NCBI RefSeq assembly: GCF_963676685.1 | Contig: NC_092352.1 | Location: forward strand, 25,234,001 to 25,298,000 | Source of the DNA: Mytilus edulis | Lineage: Eukaryota | Direction of reading: 5' to 3' | Length of the DNA: 64,000 nt | In this document: positions 61,597 through 64,000 of the stretch, in pieces | Layout of the letters: each line of letters begins with the position of its first letter | How positions within the stretch are numbered: position 1 is the first letter of the stretch | Position numbers and translations under genes: made by a program | The notes under the pieces: generated by a model | The model's database searches: none | Told to the model about the DNA's origin: nothing | Seen by the model: only the letters and a program-made list of their open reading frames with translations

Positions 61597-63383
61597 GCTA
61601 GATAAACCTATTTGACTGGTATGTAATCTTGCTAGACAAACCTCCTATTTGACTGGTATGTAATCTTGCTAGATAAACCTCCTATTTGACTGGTATGTAA
61701 TCTTGCTAGATAAACCTCTTATTTGACTGGTATGTAATCTTGCTAGACAAACCTCCTATTTGACTGGTATGTAATCTTGCTAGATAAACCTCCTATTTGA
61801 CTGGTATGTAATCTTGCTAGATAAACCTCCTATTTGACTGGTATGTAATCTTGCTAGATAAACCTCCTATTTGACTGGTATGTAATCTTGCTAGATAAAC
61901 CTCTTATTTGACTGGTATGTAATCTTGCTAGATAAACCTCCTATTTGACTGGTATGTAATCTTGCTAGATAAACCTCCTATTTGACTGGTATGTAATCTT
62001 GCTAGATAAACCTCCTATTTGACTGGTATGTAATCTTGCTAGATAAACCTCCTATTTGACTGGTATGTAATCTTGCTAGATAAACCTCCTATTTGACTGG
62101 TATGTAATCTTGCTAGATAAACCTCCTATTTGACTGGTATGTAATCTTGCTAGATAAACCTCCTATTTGACTGGTATGTAATCTTGCTAGATAAACCTCC
62201 TATTTGACTGGTATGTAATCTTGCTAGATAAACCTCCTATTTGACTGGTATGTAATCTTGCTAGATAAACCTCCTATTTGACTGGTATGTAATCTTGCTA
62301 GATAAACCTATTTGACTGGTATGTAATCTTGCTAGATAAACCTCTTATTTGACTGGTATGTAATCTTGCCAGATAAACCTCTTATTTGACTGGTATGTAA
62401 TCTTGCCAGATAAACCTCCTATTTGACTGGTATGTAATCTTGCTAGATAAAACCTCCTATTTGACTGGTATGTAATCTTGCTAGATAAACCTCTTATTTG
62501 ACTGGTATGTAATCTTGCTAGATAAACCTCCTATTTGACTGGTATGTAATCTTGCTAGATAAACCTATTTGACTGGTATGTAATCTTGCTAGATAAACCT
62601 CCTATTTGACTGGTATGTAATCTTGCTAGATAAACCTCCTATTTGACTGGTATGTAATCTGGTATGTAATCTTGCTAGATAAACCTCCTATTTGACTGGT
62701 ATGTAATCTTGCTAGATAAACTTCCTATTTGACTGGTATGTAATCTTGCTAGATAAACCTCTTATTTGACTGGTATGTAATCTTGCTAGATAAACCTCTT
62801 ATTTGACTGGTATGTAATCTTGCTAGATAAACCTCTTATTTGACTGGTATGTAATCTTGCTAGATAAACCTCTTATTTGACTGGTATGTAATCTTGCTAG
62901 ATAAACCTCTTATTTGACTGGTATGTAATCTTGCTAGATAAACCTCCTATTTGACTGGTATGTAATCTTGCTAGATAAACCTCCTATTTGACTGGTATGT
63001 AATCTTGCTAGATAAACCTCTTATTTGACTGGTATGTAATCTTGCTAGATAAACCTCTTATTTGACTGGTATGTAATCTTGCTAGATAAACCTCCTATTT
63101 GACTGGTATGTAATCTTGCTAGATAAACCTCTTATTTGACTGGTATGTAATCTTGCTAGATAAACCTCTTATTTGACTGGTATGTAATCTTGCTAGATAA
63201 ACCTCCTATTTGACTGGTATGTAATCTTGCTAGATAAACCTCCTATTTGACTGGTATGTAATCTTGCTAGATAAACCTCCTATTTGACTGGTATGTAATC
63301 TTGCTAGATAAACCTCCTATTTGACTGGTATGTAATCTTGCTAGAAAAATCTCCTATTTGACTGGTATGTAATCTTGCTAGAT
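61597..63383. repeat. 37-bp minisatellite, about 48 near-identical copies
   Basis: Unit ctagataaacctc[c/t]tatttgactggtatgtaatcttg, head-to-tail with no spacers. Confidence 0.98.
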
Positions 63384-64000
63384 ATATTCCAATCATGCAT
63401 GACAATAATTAATACAGAAAGAAATCAGAAGAAAATTTCTTTCAGGTAGATTTCAATCTTATTTGAAGTATCTGATAATTAATGATTATTCTTCATGCAC
63501 ACAGACTATAAATCTTATGGTCATCTCTCTGGCTAGTGTAAAAGAGAAGAACAGACGGATGATCTCCTACATAAATGTATATGTCAAAAATGAGATTTTC
63601 TCGTTTAGCTTCTTTTGAAAATTTGTAATAAAAAAAAGTAAATTTATAAAATTTCATATGTTGAAACAGCAAAAGTTTTTGTCAGATTATTTGATTGGAA
63701 ATAAATTCTTAAACAAAAATTAGATGAACATACATCTCTTAAATGTTTCACAAAGGTGCTGTGTGGTTAATATAGATATATATATTTCTCTAATTCTTCG
63801 TCAATTTATCCCTTTCTGCACCCGTTGTATAAAAAAATTTAATCAACGTATGGTTCGTTTGATCTCAGTTCTTCATTGGTTAAAATCCAATTATGACGTT
63901 GAATTTTCTTGTTTTCCTCTGAATTTTCTATTGTGACGGCATGAAAAAAGGCAACCATGCCTGATGACGTCACATAGAAAGAGCACATCTTTTTGCAGAT

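Noticed and set aside
61597-63383. CRISPR array (37-bp repeat is CRISPR-sized)
   Set aside because: Units are head-to-tail with no unique spacers, there are no cas genes, and the context is eukaryotic.
58512-63936. Short ORFs in AT-rich stretches here and throughout the window
   Set aside because: Low-complexity F/I/L/Y/K-rich translations, often with non-ATG starts, and with no motifs or splice support.

Overview
AT-rich, intron-containing animal genomic DNA, not prokaryotic. The interspersed-repeat repertoire resembles that of a mytilid mussel (Mytilus-like); this is an inference from recalled repeat families, not a database result. Left to right: (1) a minus-strand tandem array of three divergent paralogues of a ~200-aa Cys/His-rich protein resembling the DZIP3-type HEPN domain but lacking the RxxxxH motif (the leftmost copy is a pseudogene); (2) many 5'-truncated copies of a Penelope-like (probably Naiad-type) retroelement; (3) a 2 x 352-bp hammerhead-ribozyme retrozyme that also carries a hammerhead-like motif on the opposite strand; (4) a 7-exon plus-strand gene for an unknown coiled-coil protein; (5) a 14-finger C2H2 zinc-finger exon with no evident promoter of its own; (6) a complete 6-exon ALYREF/THOC4 gene on the minus strand; (7) decayed CR1-group LINEs, MITEs, Helentron-associated elements and a second minimal hammerhead; (8) a probable first exon of another plus-strand gene, followed by a ~48-copy 37-bp minisatellite. 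No tRNA, rRNA or CRISPR was found. All coordinates were read by eye; repeat boundaries are approximate.
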